From contig JAFDTG010000002.1 of the NCBI GenBank assembly GCA_019594235.1, forward strand, positions 1 through 37,138: 37,138 nucleotides of DNA. Direction: 5' to 3'. Both the position numbers and the translations under genes were made by a program. Positions 28,932-37,138 of the stretch are shown in pieces (position 1 is the first letter of the stretch; every line of letters begins with the position of its first letter). The notes beneath the pieces are model-generated. The model did no database searches, had not been told where the DNA came from, and saw only the letters and a list, made by a program, of their open reading frames with translations. This DNA is from Candidatus Saliniplasma halalkaliphilum. Lineage in GTDB: Archaea > Thermoplasmatota > Thermoplasmata > Halarchaeoplasmatales > Halarchaeoplasmataceae.

Positions 28932-28951
28932 ACCCGATTTAGACCCAATTT
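28932..28951 (-). promoter_or_regulatory. 20-bp operator copy 2
   Basis: ACCCGATTTAGACCCAATTT on + strand, identical to 26498..26517. Confidence 0.8.
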
Positions 28952-28962
28952 CGATATCCTTT

Positions 28963-29505
28963 TCATCCATCTATTACACCATTAGTTCTTTTCATCATCC
29001 ACTCTATAACAAATCCCATCAATCCAACGAATATTATTGTAAGCGACAACCTTGCCAGCATGAACTCAGGACCTAAAAACTGAAGTTCCACCATCTCCTG
29101 AGGTATCTTGATACACGCCCAGGCCGATAGGAACACTACGATGTTGGATATCCGAGCACCTTTCTTGATCAAAGTAGATGCCATCGGAAACGCGACGTAC
29201 AGGGGTCCAGTGGGTAAAGTACCGAATAAAATCGCTAGAAAAAATCCTTTAGAACCAGAAGCTTTACCGAGATGCTTCACAACTGTTTCTTCAGGTATGT
29301 AAACGGAGAACAGCCCCATCAACACCATCACCGCAGGAAGTATGAATGCCATCTCCGTCAGGTAATCCATAGAAGTGTTAAAAACCGCTCCTCGTCTATC
29401 AGGGTAGATGGAGACCAGGATCAGTGCAACGATGAACATCCCAGCCAATAACATCCAATTCCGGATCATCTTCTTCTTATTTTCCTTCTTTTTCTCCTCC
29501 TTCAC
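28963..29505 (-). CDS. DUF318/ArsP-like permease subunit B (no Fe-S domain)
   Basis: TGPLYVAFP, LSAWACIKIP; paralog of 23781..24500. Confidence 0.85.
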   Translation of the reverse strand: MKEEKKKENKKKMIRNWMLLAGMFIVALILVSIYPDRRGAVFNTSMDYLTEMAFILPAVMVLMGLFSVYIPEETVVKHLGKASGSKGFFLAILFGTLPTGPLYVAFPMASTLIKKGARISNIVVFLSAWACIKIPQEMVELQFLGPEFMLARLSLTIIFVGLMGFVIEWMMKRTNGVIDG

Positions 29506-29984
29506 AGTATCACCCCTATCAATATAGCGATGATGATAGCTATAATGAAACTTAGACCATTTCTTAGAAGAGCAAACTTCTTGCCTAGTATTTTTATCTC
29601 CATGGGCAGGGTGACTATCCCTATCATAGTCAGTGTAGTTATGAAGGCGGCCACGGCCATAACTGTAGCACCGCTTTCAAGCATCGAAGCAGCAAGTGGA
29701 AATGCTATAAGAGCGGGTATATGCAGCACAGCACCCACCGCCCCAACAAGTAAAACACCTAGGATGCCCGACTGCTCACCTACGAATCGTGATATCTCCG
29801 CTGGAGGTACGAACCCCAGCATCAATCCTATTATTATTATGATAATGAGTATCGTCGGTAAAATACCGAATAACGATTTAGCTGCCTTTTTCAACGATTT
29901 AACCGCTTTATCTCTATCCCTATAGAAGCCATAGATCAAGCAGACCAGAGCGAATGCATTGATTAATATGGCTGTGATACTCAT
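29502..29984 (-). CDS. DUF318/ArsP-like permease subunit A
   Basis: IPALIAFPLAAS, AAFITTLTMIG; paralog of 23302..23784. Confidence 0.85.
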   Translation of the reverse strand: MSITAILINAFALVCLIYGFYRDRDKAVKSLKKAAKSLFGILPTILIIIIIIGLMLGFVPPAEISRFVGEQSGILGVLLVGAVGAVLHIPALIAFPLAASMLESGATVMAVAAFITTLTMIGIVTLPMEIKILGKKFALLRNGLSFIIAIIIAILIGVIL

Positions 29985-30271
29985 CCGTCCACCTTTTCGA
30001 CCTGTATTCCCAGTAGTTTCACTCCTTTCTCCGTTTTCATCGAATACAAACCGGGTTCAGAGATCAAGCATTCACCTTCTTCCAAAGTCGCTTTATCATC
30101 ATCCACTGTGATCTCAACTTCGCCTTCCAGTACTATAAATATCACGTGTGACGACATATCGCAGGGCGGTATCTTATCACCCTTCGACAGCTGTATGTGT
30201 CTCGCTTTGAACTCGTCTCGTTCGTAGATCAGTTTCTTGCCTTCTATCTCTTTCAAATTATACGTTTCCAT
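29981..30271 (-). CDS. Small cupin-domain protein
   Basis: IFIVLEGEVEITVD...LEEGE; ATG 30271 after GGAGGTGA. Confidence 0.8.
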   Translation of the reverse strand: METYNLKEIEGKKLIYERDEFKARHIQLSKGDKIPPCDMSSHVIFIVLEGEVEITVDDDKATLEEGECLISEPGLYSMKTEKGVKLLGIQVEKVDG

Positions 30272-30650
30272 CTTTTTCACCTCCAAATTCTTTCTCATAA
30301 AAACTGGTCATCTTCTCCATCATCCTTTTACGCTCCTTGATCATCTCGAGCCAGCTCTTCAGATGTCCCCTCCCCTCTTCGGTTATACGGTAAACTCTTT
30401 TATCCGGGCCGGTGTCACTTTTCTTCCAATCTGACCTAAGTAGTCCTTTCTCCTCCATCCTTCTCAGTGTCGTGTACATCGTTCCAGATTTGATCTTGTG
30501 TCTCCCCTCGCTCAGTTCCTCGATCCTTTTGATGACACCATATCCGTGCATGGGTTTCTCACAGACCACACGCAGTATCAGGAACTGCAGCCATCTACCT
30601 TCTGGGTAACCATGAGGATGTTTACATTTCTGTTTCGATTTTTTACACAT
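30258..30650 (-). CDS. PadR-family transcriptional regulator with Cys/His-rich N-terminus
   Basis: PMHGYGVI, GTMYTTLRRMEEKGLL, KRVYRITEEG. Confidence 0.92.
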   Translation of the reverse strand: MCKKSKQKCKHPHGYPEGRWLQFLILRVVCEKPMHGYGVIKRIEELSEGRHKIKSGTMYTTLRRMEEKGLLRSDWKKSDTGPDKRVYRITEEGRGHLKSWLEMIKERKRMMEKMTSFYEKEFGGEKDGNV

Positions 30651-30673
30651 CGATATACTATGTAACAATGTTA
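30647..30673. promoter_or_regulatory. Palindromes over the PadR start, candidate autorepression site
   Basis: ACATCG-ATATA-CTATGT (30647-30663) and TAACA-A-TGTTA (30663-30673). Confidence 0.45.
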
Positions 30674-30871
30674 GATATATCGTTTTCCCTAGGATGAAAA
30701 ACTAAGAGACCAAATAATCAGGACGAAATAAACTAAGCTCATCGTAAATAAATCGTTTAATTTTTGAAAACCCATTAAAATCATAGAGAACGATTTGAAC
30801 TTTGATATTTCATATCGAAATTTTAATTAGTCTGTTATAGTATAGTGTTATATTCTTTAGGAGGGTTAAAC

Positions 30872-32575
30872 TTGAAAAAAGAAATATTTCACGAACACGA
30901 AATTTTGGTAGTTGGCGGGGGATTATCTGGTTTGAGGGCTTCTATCGAAGCTTTGAGAAGCGGTAAGGATGTAGCCGTTATATCAAAAGTTCATCCGTTA
31001 CGTTCTCACAGTGTTGCTGCTCAAGGGGGTATCAATGCAGCTTTAGGAAACACTCCAGGTAGAGGCGAAGATCACTGGGAAGACCATGCCTTCGATACTG
31101 TGAAAGGATCAGCTTATCTCGCGGATCAGGATGCAGTGGATATCCTTTGTAAAAAAGCTCCAGAAGCGGTTATTGAACTTGAGCATATGGGAACGGTTTT
31201 CTCACGGTTTGAGAACGGTAAGATCGCCCAAAGACCATTCGGTGGAGCAGGCTTTCCCAGGACATGTTACGCCGCCGATAGGACCGGTCATAATTTACTA
31301 CATACACTGTATGAACAGTCTATTTCTGGTAAGATGAAATTCTATGACGAGTATTTTGTTACATCTCTGATCAAAGAAAATGGAACATGTGTAGGTTGTA
31401 TCGCATTGGATCTAAGGGAAGGTACACTGCATGCCTTCTCTGGGACTGTTATACTGGCAACTGGAGGCTTTGGAAGGATATACAACCGTTCTACCAATGC
31501 ATTGATAAATACAGGAGACGGGGCATTTCTAGCTTATGAAATAGGTGCGGGATTGGAGGATATGGAATTCATCCAGTTTCATCCCACCACTCTTTACGGT
31601 TCCAACATATTGATCACAGAAGGTGCTAGAGGTGAGGGAGGTTATCTTAAGAACAGTGAAGGTGAGAGGTTCATGAAAGATTACGCCCCCGATGCCATGG
31701 AACTAGCACCCAGGGATATAGTAGCTAGAGCGATAATGACCGAAGTGAACGAAGGGAGAGGTATCGACGATGAATACGTACATCTGGATTTGACTCACTT
31801 AGGTGAAGAAAAGATAAAAGAGCGGTTACCGGGTATCAGACAGATCGCCATGGATTTTGCCGGTGTTGATCCCATAAAAGAACCTATACCGGTTCAGCCC
31901 GGACAGCATTATTCCATGGGAGGTATTTTGGTCGATAACGGTTGTGAAACCGATGTACCAGGACTCTATGCCACCGGCGAGTGCTCATGTGTTAGCGTTC
32001 ACGGTGCCAATCGATTGGGAGGGAACTCACTTCTAGAAACAGTCGTTTTCGGTAAGATCGCCGGTAAAATGGCTTCAGAAGAAGTGAACGGTAAAGAACT
32101 CAATGAATCCCTCTTTATAGATGCCATCGAAAAAGATAGCAAATTGATAGATTCTATCGTTGGGAAAAAAGAGGGTATCCTCTACAGCGAGATATTGAAA
32201 GATCTGAGGGAAACCATGTTCCAGCACTTCGGAGTGTTCAGAGAGGGTGAGACGATGGAAGAGGGACTTGATAAGATCAGGCGGTTAAAAGAAAAATTTG
32301 AAGATGTGTACGTTGAATCCGATGATAAAAAGTTCAACCAGGCCTTGATCAGAACTTTAGAGTTAAGGAACATGCTTCTTATCGCTGAAGCTGTAGCTAT
32401 GGGGGCTGTCAGAAGGGAAGAGAGCAGAGGTTCACATTACAGGACCGACTTCACCGAACGAAGAGATGAACAATATCTGAAACACACAGTTGTTAGAAAG
32501 GGTGTTGAAGGACCAGAATTGGAGTATTCTCCCGTAAATCTAGATAGATTTGACGTCAAGGAGCGTGAGTACTGA
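30872..32575 (+). CDS. sdhA: Succinate dehydrogenase/fumarate reductase flavoprotein
   Basis: RSHSVAAQGGINAAL (covalent FAD His), QFHPT, TEGARGEG, HYSMGG, VHGANRLGGNSL, ESRGSH; TTG after GGAGG. Confidence 0.95.
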   Translation: MKKEIFHEHEILVVGGGLSGLRASIEALRSGKDVAVISKVHPLRSHSVAAQGGINAALGNTPGRGEDHWEDHAFDTVKGSAYLADQDAVDILCKKAPEAVIELEHMGTVFSRFENGKIAQRPFGGAGFPRTCYAADRTGHNLLHTLYEQSISGKMKFYDEYFVTSLIKENGTCVGCIALDLREGTLHAFSGTVILATGGFGRIYNRSTNALINTGDGAFLAYEIGAGLEDMEFIQFHPTTLYGSNILITEGARGEGGYLKNSEGERFMKDYAPDAMELAPRDIVARAIMTEVNEGRGIDDEYVHLDLTHLGEEKIKERLPGIRQIAMDFAGVDPIKEPIPVQPGQHYSMGGILVDNGCETDVPGLYATGECSCVSVHGANRLGGNSLLETVVFGKIAGKMASEEVNGKELNESLFIDAIEKDSKLIDSIVGKKEGILYSEILKDLRETMFQHFGVFREGETMEEGLDKIRRLKEKFEDVYVESDDKKFNQALIRTLELRNMLLIAEAVAMGAVRREESRGSHYRTDFTERRDEQYLKHTVVRKGVEGPELEYSPVNLDRFDVKEREY

Positions 32576-33318
32576 TGAAACTCAAAGTATTCAGATATGA
32601 TGGTGATGAATCACATTACGACGAATTCGAAGTACCTCACAAGCCTGGACAGACCGTACTTGACGCCCTATTCTACATCCAAGAGAATTTGGATGATTCA
32701 CTCTCATTCCGTTATTCCTGCCGAGGAGCTGTGTGCGGTTCATGCGCCATGTTGATAAACAAAGTTCCACGTTTGGCCTGTAGAACACAGGTAAAAACTC
32801 TAGTAGAGGGTGAAGACAAGGTGAAGATAAAGCACTGTCCTGCACTTGATAAGGGTGATGAGATCGAAGACGGGGCCGTACTTGTAGAACCTCTACCTCA
32901 TCTCCCTGTTGAGAAAGATTTGATAGTGGATCAGGACAAATTCTTCGAATATTATCGGGAGATGGAACCGATGTTGAAGACTAAAAGTGAGGTTCCGGGA
33001 GAAGAGTATGAGATGGATCCCGAAGATGTTAGTGAGTTGGAGGATTATACAAACTGCATACTATGCGCAGCCTGTTTCGGGGCATGTCCGGTGGACGGTG
33101 AAAATGTAAATTACCGCGGACCAGCAGCACTTGCCAAATTGTACAGATTCCATATCGATCCCAGGGATAAAAGTGAACGGCTTAGTTTAGCCGACCATGA
33201 AGATGGATGGTGGGCTTGTGAGTTCCACACCAACTGTCAGAAGGTGTGCCCCAAAAACGTACCTCCGAATATAGCCATCGGGAAGGCAAGGTCAAAGCTC
33301 GAGAAGGAGGATGGATGA
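32575..33318 (+). CDS. sdhB: Succinate dehydrogenase/fumarate reductase Fe-S subunit
   Basis: SCRGAVCGSC..C [2Fe-2S], CILCAACFGAC, CEFHTNCQKVCP. Confidence 0.95.
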   Translation: MKLKVFRYDGDESHYDEFEVPHKPGQTVLDALFYIQENLDDSLSFRYSCRGAVCGSCAMLINKVPRLACRTQVKTLVEGEDKVKIKHCPALDKGDEIEDGAVLVEPLPHLPVEKDLIVDQDKFFEYYREMEPMLKTKSEVPGEEYEMDPEDVSELEDYTNCILCAACFGACPVDGENVNYRGPAALAKLYRFHIDPRDKSERLSLADHEDGWWACEFHTNCQKVCPKNVPPNIAIGKARSKLEKEDG

Positions 33319-34726
33319 GATGAGGAAAGAACTTGATTCGTTGGGAGAGAAAGAAGTTCCCGATGATGCTCTTTACGGTGTTCAAACTGTAAGGGCAGTG
33401 GAGAACTTCCCTGTAACGGGTCGAACCGCTTTTCCGGAGTTGATAGATTCTTACATTATTCTGAAAAAAGCCTGTGCGGAAGCTAATATGGAACTGGATA
33501 AACTGGACCCGAAAAAAGGTGAATACATCCTGGAAGCCTGTGAAAAATTGTATAGAAGTTCTTACGATGAATTCAAAGTCGATGTATTCCAGGCGGGAGC
33601 TGGTACATCTTTCAATATGAACGTTAACGAGGTCATAGCAAATAAAGCGTTGGAACTTGCCGGTAAAGAGAAAGGTGAGTATGATCACATACATCCCAAC
33701 GACCACGTAAACATGTCCCAGTCCAGCAACGATACTTATCCTACTGCATCACATCTCGCGATAATCGATATCTCTCAAGACCTCGTGGAAGACTTAAAAG
33801 GATTGAAAAAAGATTTTCAAGATAAGGGTAAGGAGTTCTCAGATATCGCTAAATCTGGTAGAACACATCTGATGGATGCCACTCCGGTGACATTAGGTGA
33901 TGAACTTTTAGGGTATGCTAGAACTATCGAGAGGTCCTTTAAGAATTTAGAAACTTCTTTGAAAGGACTGTATGAACTCCCTATAGGTGGTACGGCAACA
34001 GGTACCGGTGTTAACACACCTGAAGGATTCAGGGATAAGGTCGTTAAAAAATTGTCATCAGAATATGGCTTTGAATTTGTAAGCGCTGAGAACAGTTTCG
34101 AAATGTTACAGAGTCGGATGCCTATGGGTAATTTCATGGGGGCTTTGAAGAATTTAGCGCTTGAACTCATAAGGATTGCTAACGATCTAAGATTACTTTC
34201 CAGTGGACCGAAGACCGGGCTGTCGGAGATAAAACTTCCTGCGGTTCAACCGGGTTCTTCCATAATGCCGGGAAAAGTTAATCCAGTCATGGCTGAGTGT
34301 TTGAATATGATATCCTTCCAGATCGTTGGAAACTCTACTACCGTTGATATGGCTGTTCAAGCAGGTCAAATAGAGTTGAACGTGATGACACCGGTTATCA
34401 CCTACAACATAATGGAATCCGTATGGATGTTGAATAATTTCCTACCTATTTTTAGGGGGAGATGTGTTCAGGGGATATCTGCTAACAGATCTAAATGTAA
34501 GGAACATTTTGAATCTAGTGTGAGTTTAGCTACGCTATTGAGTCCTAAGATCGGATATATGAAAGCTGCAGAATTAGCTAAAGAATCCAATGAAAAAGAT
34601 ATTCCAGTACCTAAGTTGGCTGTTAAGAAAGGTATCGTTACGGAGCAAGAGGCGGAAGAACTCTTCTCGACTAAGAATGCTGCTAAAAGTAAGTATGATA
34701 CCAGTCGTGGTGAAGAACGGCTTTGA
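33311..34726 (+). CDS. Aspartate ammonia-lyase / class II fumarate hydratase
   Basis: GSSIMPGKVNP, GRTHLMDA, HPNDHVNMSQSSND. Confidence 0.9.
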   Translation: MDEMRKELDSLGEKEVPDDALYGVQTVRAVENFPVTGRTAFPELIDSYIILKKACAEANMELDKLDPKKGEYILEACEKLYRSSYDEFKVDVFQAGAGTSFNMNVNEVIANKALELAGKEKGEYDHIHPNDHVNMSQSSNDTYPTASHLAIIDISQDLVEDLKGLKKDFQDKGKEFSDIAKSGRTHLMDATPVTLGDELLGYARTIERSFKNLETSLKGLYELPIGGTATGTGVNTPEGFRDKVVKKLSSEYGFEFVSAENSFEMLQSRMPMGNFMGALKNLALELIRIANDLRLLSSGPKTGLSEIKLPAVQPGSSIMPGKVNPVMAECLNMISFQIVGNSTTVDMAVQAGQIELNVMTPVITYNIMESVWMLNNFLPIFRGRCVQGISANRSKCKEHFESSVSLATLLSPKIGYMKAAELAKESNEKDIPVPKLAVKKGIVTEQEAEELFSTKNAAKSKYDTSRGEERL

Positions 34727-34750
34727 ATTTCTAAGATATTTTTCCGTAAT

Positions 34751-34778
34751 ACTGGAAACCCGGAGTTTTCAGTGTTTT
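34751..34778 (+). terminator. Hairpin + T run after the lyase gene
   Basis: ACTGGAAAC-CCGGA-GTTTTCAGT (9-bp stem, one G-U) then GTTTT. Confidence 0.4.
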
Positions 34779-35074
34779 GGTATTGTACCGCAAATGGTTC
34801 ACTTTATCGATATCTTACCTTCATATGTGGTATGGAAGTCGTGCTATCTACTTGCTGTCACCCAACCTATTTCAGGTCCTAGCCTATAGCTTCTATTTTT
34901 TTTGCACAGGTTCAATGATCTTGAAAAATTGTGTCAAAATCTTCACTAATTTGTTAATGATTTTGAAATAACTAGTTATATAGTTGGGTAAGTATTATGT
35001 ATACTATCTAACTAAAATATAGTGAGGTATGAATATGAAAAACCATCTGATAGTTAAGGGGAAAGGTAGATAAC

Positions 35075-35410
35075 ATGACTAACGATCTGACGTCAGCAAT
35101 AATTTACTTCCTGATAGCGCTGATTATCTCCACGATCATCATATATGTGGTGACGAAGGCGTTCGGAGAAAAAGAGGGCATAGGAACTGCGATAATAGCT
35201 GCTCTGACGGGCGCAGTAATATATGCCTTGGCAGCCTTTTTCTTGGGCGGCGGGATAATCGCGGCCGTATTAGCGGGTATAGTTTGGACGATCGCGATAG
35301 CAAGCCTTTACAATATGGGTTGGTTAAAGGCGATAATAACCGCGGTGATTGTCTGGATCGTGGCCATCGTGGTAGGAATGTTTCTTCCTACTCTTGGAGG
35401 GCCTTTTTAA
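35075..35410 (+). CDS. Small 4-TM hypothetical membrane protein
   Basis: Almost entirely hydrophobic; GWLKAII motif. Confidence 0.8.
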   Translation: MTNDLTSAIIYFLIALIISTIIIYVVTKAFGEKEGIGTAIIAALTGAVIYALAAFFLGGGIIAAVLAGIVWTIAIASLYNMGWLKAIITAVIVWIVAIVVGMFLPTLGGPF

Positions 35411-35434
35411 TCTCTAAAAAGGAGGTGAAATAGA

Positions 35435-35581
35435 ATGGCAATATCTATGGAATGGGGAAGAATATCGCTGCTATCTGTAATAGCATTTTTAGTTGGTTGG
35501 TGGATATTTGGACTCCTATGGGCGGTGGTCATTGCGATCATAGTGCTGATATTAACTGGAGCACTCACTTTAAGAAAGTAG
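35435..35581 (+). CDS. 48-aa membrane microprotein (absent from ORF track)
   Basis: RBS AGGAGGTGA then MAISMEWGRISLLSVIAFLVGWWIFGLLWAVVIAIIVLILTGALTLRK*. Confidence 0.75.
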   Translation: MAISMEWGRISLLSVIAFLVGWWIFGLLWAVVIAIIVLILTGALTLRK

Positions 35582-35638
35582 AGAAGATACAAAGAGTTAC
35601 ACACGGAAAATACCTCATCCGAGATGTGAAACTATATA

Positions 35639-35806
35639 GTGAAAGTAGTTATAGATCAGCACACCTGTATTGACTGCTGCCATTCCTATGCGATCTGTCC
35701 GGAAGTATTCCAGGACGACGGAACCGGGATGGCAGAACTGGTCGATGAGTATGAGGGGAGAATAAGCTATCGTATATATTATAAAATGCTAGATATGAAT
35801 CAGTAA
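35639..35806 (+). pseudogene. Degenerate, 3'-truncated monocluster ferredoxin
   Basis: GTG-KVVIDQHTCIDCCHSYAICPEVF...; expected CxxCxxC is broken and the distal CP is missing. Confidence 0.65.
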
Positions 35807-35843
35807 CTTATAAAAACATTTTTTCTGATAAGATCCCGATAAC

Positions 35844-36971
35844 ATGAAAGCGCTGATAAATGGAAGGGTCGACCCGATCACGAGTGAGGAGTTTGAGGGA
35901 AACATATTGATAGATGAAGGAAAAATAGTCGATTTTGGTCCCGATATTGAGATTCCAGACGAATCAGAAGTGATAGATGTAGAAGGTAAAACCATAGTTC
36001 CAGGTTTCATAGATGCCCATTGTCACGTGGGTATAAGTGAGGAAGGTGAAGGATGGGAGGGAGAGGATACCAACGAGGTATATGAACCGATAACACCCCA
36101 CCTCAGAGCCTTGGATGCGATAAACCCCAACGGGATCGCTTTGAAAGAAGCAGTCAAAGCTGGGGTCACCACCATAAATGTGGGACCAGGTTCTGCTAAT
36201 CCTATCGGTGGTACGTTCGTTGCTATAAAAACAGCAGGTTCTTCCATCGTAGATGAGCTAGTTATCAAGGAACCCACAGGACTAAAGATGGCTACTGGTG
36301 AGAATCCGAAAAGGGTGTATAAAGAACAGAAAAAGATACCATCTACACGTATGAGTACAGCGGCACTGATCAGAGAGAAGTTATTTGAGACCAAGGACTA
36401 TATGGAGAACGGTGAAGAAAAAGATTTCAAACTCGAAGCTTTAAAACCACTACTTGAAAGGGATTTACCTGGAAGGATACATGCCCATAGAGCCGATGAT
36501 ATGGTCTCTGCTATCAGGATATCTGAGGAGTTCGGTTTTGATCTGATACTTGAACATTGTACAGAGGGGCACAAGATAGCGGACTATATCGCTGAGAGAG
36601 ATATACCAGTTGTTTTCGGTCCTGGACTCGCTGCGAAATCTAAAAGGGAGAACAGAGAAAGAAGCTTTAAGACGCCTGGGATATTATCTAAGAAAGGGAT
36701 AAAGGTAGCATTGATGACAGATTCTCCCGTCATACCTATCAAGTACTTAGCCCTCATGGCGGCTTACTCTGTTAGGGAAGGTATGGATAAGGAGGAAGCG
36801 TTGAAAGCTATAACCATCAACGCGGCAGAGATCTGCGGTATCGATGATAGAGTAGGTTCCATCGAAAAGGGGAAGGATGCCGATCTGATAGTCGTAGATG
36901 GTGATCCTTTAGAACTGAAATCGACAATAGATATGGTCTTTATCGATGGTGAAGAGGTAGATACAGAATAA
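35844..36971 (+). CDS. Metal-dependent amidohydrolase (imidazolonepropionase-like)
   Basis: PGFIDAHCH, KMATGENPK, HAHRADD, EHCTEG, GSIEKGKDAD. Confidence 0.9.
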   Translation: MKALINGRVDPITSEEFEGNILIDEGKIVDFGPDIEIPDESEVIDVEGKTIVPGFIDAHCHVGISEEGEGWEGEDTNEVYEPITPHLRALDAINPNGIALKEAVKAGVTTINVGPGSANPIGGTFVAIKTAGSSIVDELVIKEPTGLKMATGENPKRVYKEQKKIPSTRMSTAALIREKLFETKDYMENGEEKDFKLEALKPLLERDLPGRIHAHRADDMVSAIRISEEFGFDLILEHCTEGHKIADYIAERDIPVVFGPGLAAKSKRENRERSFKTPGILSKKGIKVALMTDSPVIPIKYLALMAAYSVREGMDKEEALKAITINAAEICGIDDRVGSIEKGKDADLIVVDGDPLELKSTIDMVFIDGEEVDTE

Positions 36972-36976
36972 TAGAG

Positions 36977-37138
36977 ATGATAGATACTACAGATATGGAA
37001 ACAGGAAGTTTAGCCGCTGATATGTTTGAAGATCAGAATGTGGTTGCAGTTACTCACTCTACCGGATTTAGAGAAGAGGGTGAACAGGAACTCGAAGAAA
37101 AAAACCGAAAAAAGATGGAAGAGAATGGAGTAGATATC
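36977..37138 (+). CDS. Pyruvate kinase C-terminal-like alpha/beta protein (COG1751-like), runs off window
   Basis: ETGSLAADMF...NVVAVTHSTGFREEGEQEL...GVDI. Confidence 0.65.
   Translation, partial: MIDTTDMETGSLAADMFEDQNVVAVTHSTGFREEGEQELEEKNRKKMEENGVDI

Noticed and set aside
28871..28966. N-terminal extension of the ABC ATPase in the ORF track
   Set aside because: Spans the promoter/operator; similarity to ABC ATPases begins near 28870
22807..30673. Intact mobile element
   Set aside because: No integrase, transposase, tRNA or terminal repeats seen
34590..34971. Track ORFs 34590..34889 and 34777..34971
   Set aside because: Overlap the lyase or lack RBS and motifs; composition is unlike the acidic proteome
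35407..35673. Track ORFs 35407..35604 and 35452..35673
   Set aside because: Shadows of the RBS-supported ORF 35435..35581

Overview
Archaeal chromosomal window. The archaeal markers are pelota, pantoate kinase, DUF357, TATA/BRE promoters and GGAGGTGA RBSs. The very acidic proteins suggest a halophile, probably Thermoplasmatota (inference). The left part is largely housekeeping: phosphohexomutase 3' end, pelota, FAD oxidoreductase, HD phosphohydrolase, HerA-like ATPase and pantoate kinase/CoaBC. It also holds a tandem pair of giant paralogous surface proteins (jelly-roll-like head, 11 repeats each, shared juxtamembrane motif) and two pilin-like genes. From about 22.8 to 30.7 kb lies an accessory block bracketed by two PadR + split-permease cassettes. 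This block contains a gene-fragment junction and the best candidate for an undescribed system: a wHTH regulator, a small membrane protein, a secreted LTxxQ (Spy/CpxP-like) protein, a CARDB protein and an ABC exporter. Two promoters in this system share an identical 20-bp direct-repeat motif at the same distance from BRE/TATA. The right part has sdhAB/frdAB without membrane anchors, followed by an aspartase/class II fumarase, small membrane proteins, a decayed ferredoxin and an amidohydrolase. No rRNA, tRNA, CRISPR array or transposase was recognised. All family assignments come from motif recognition by eye, not from database searches.
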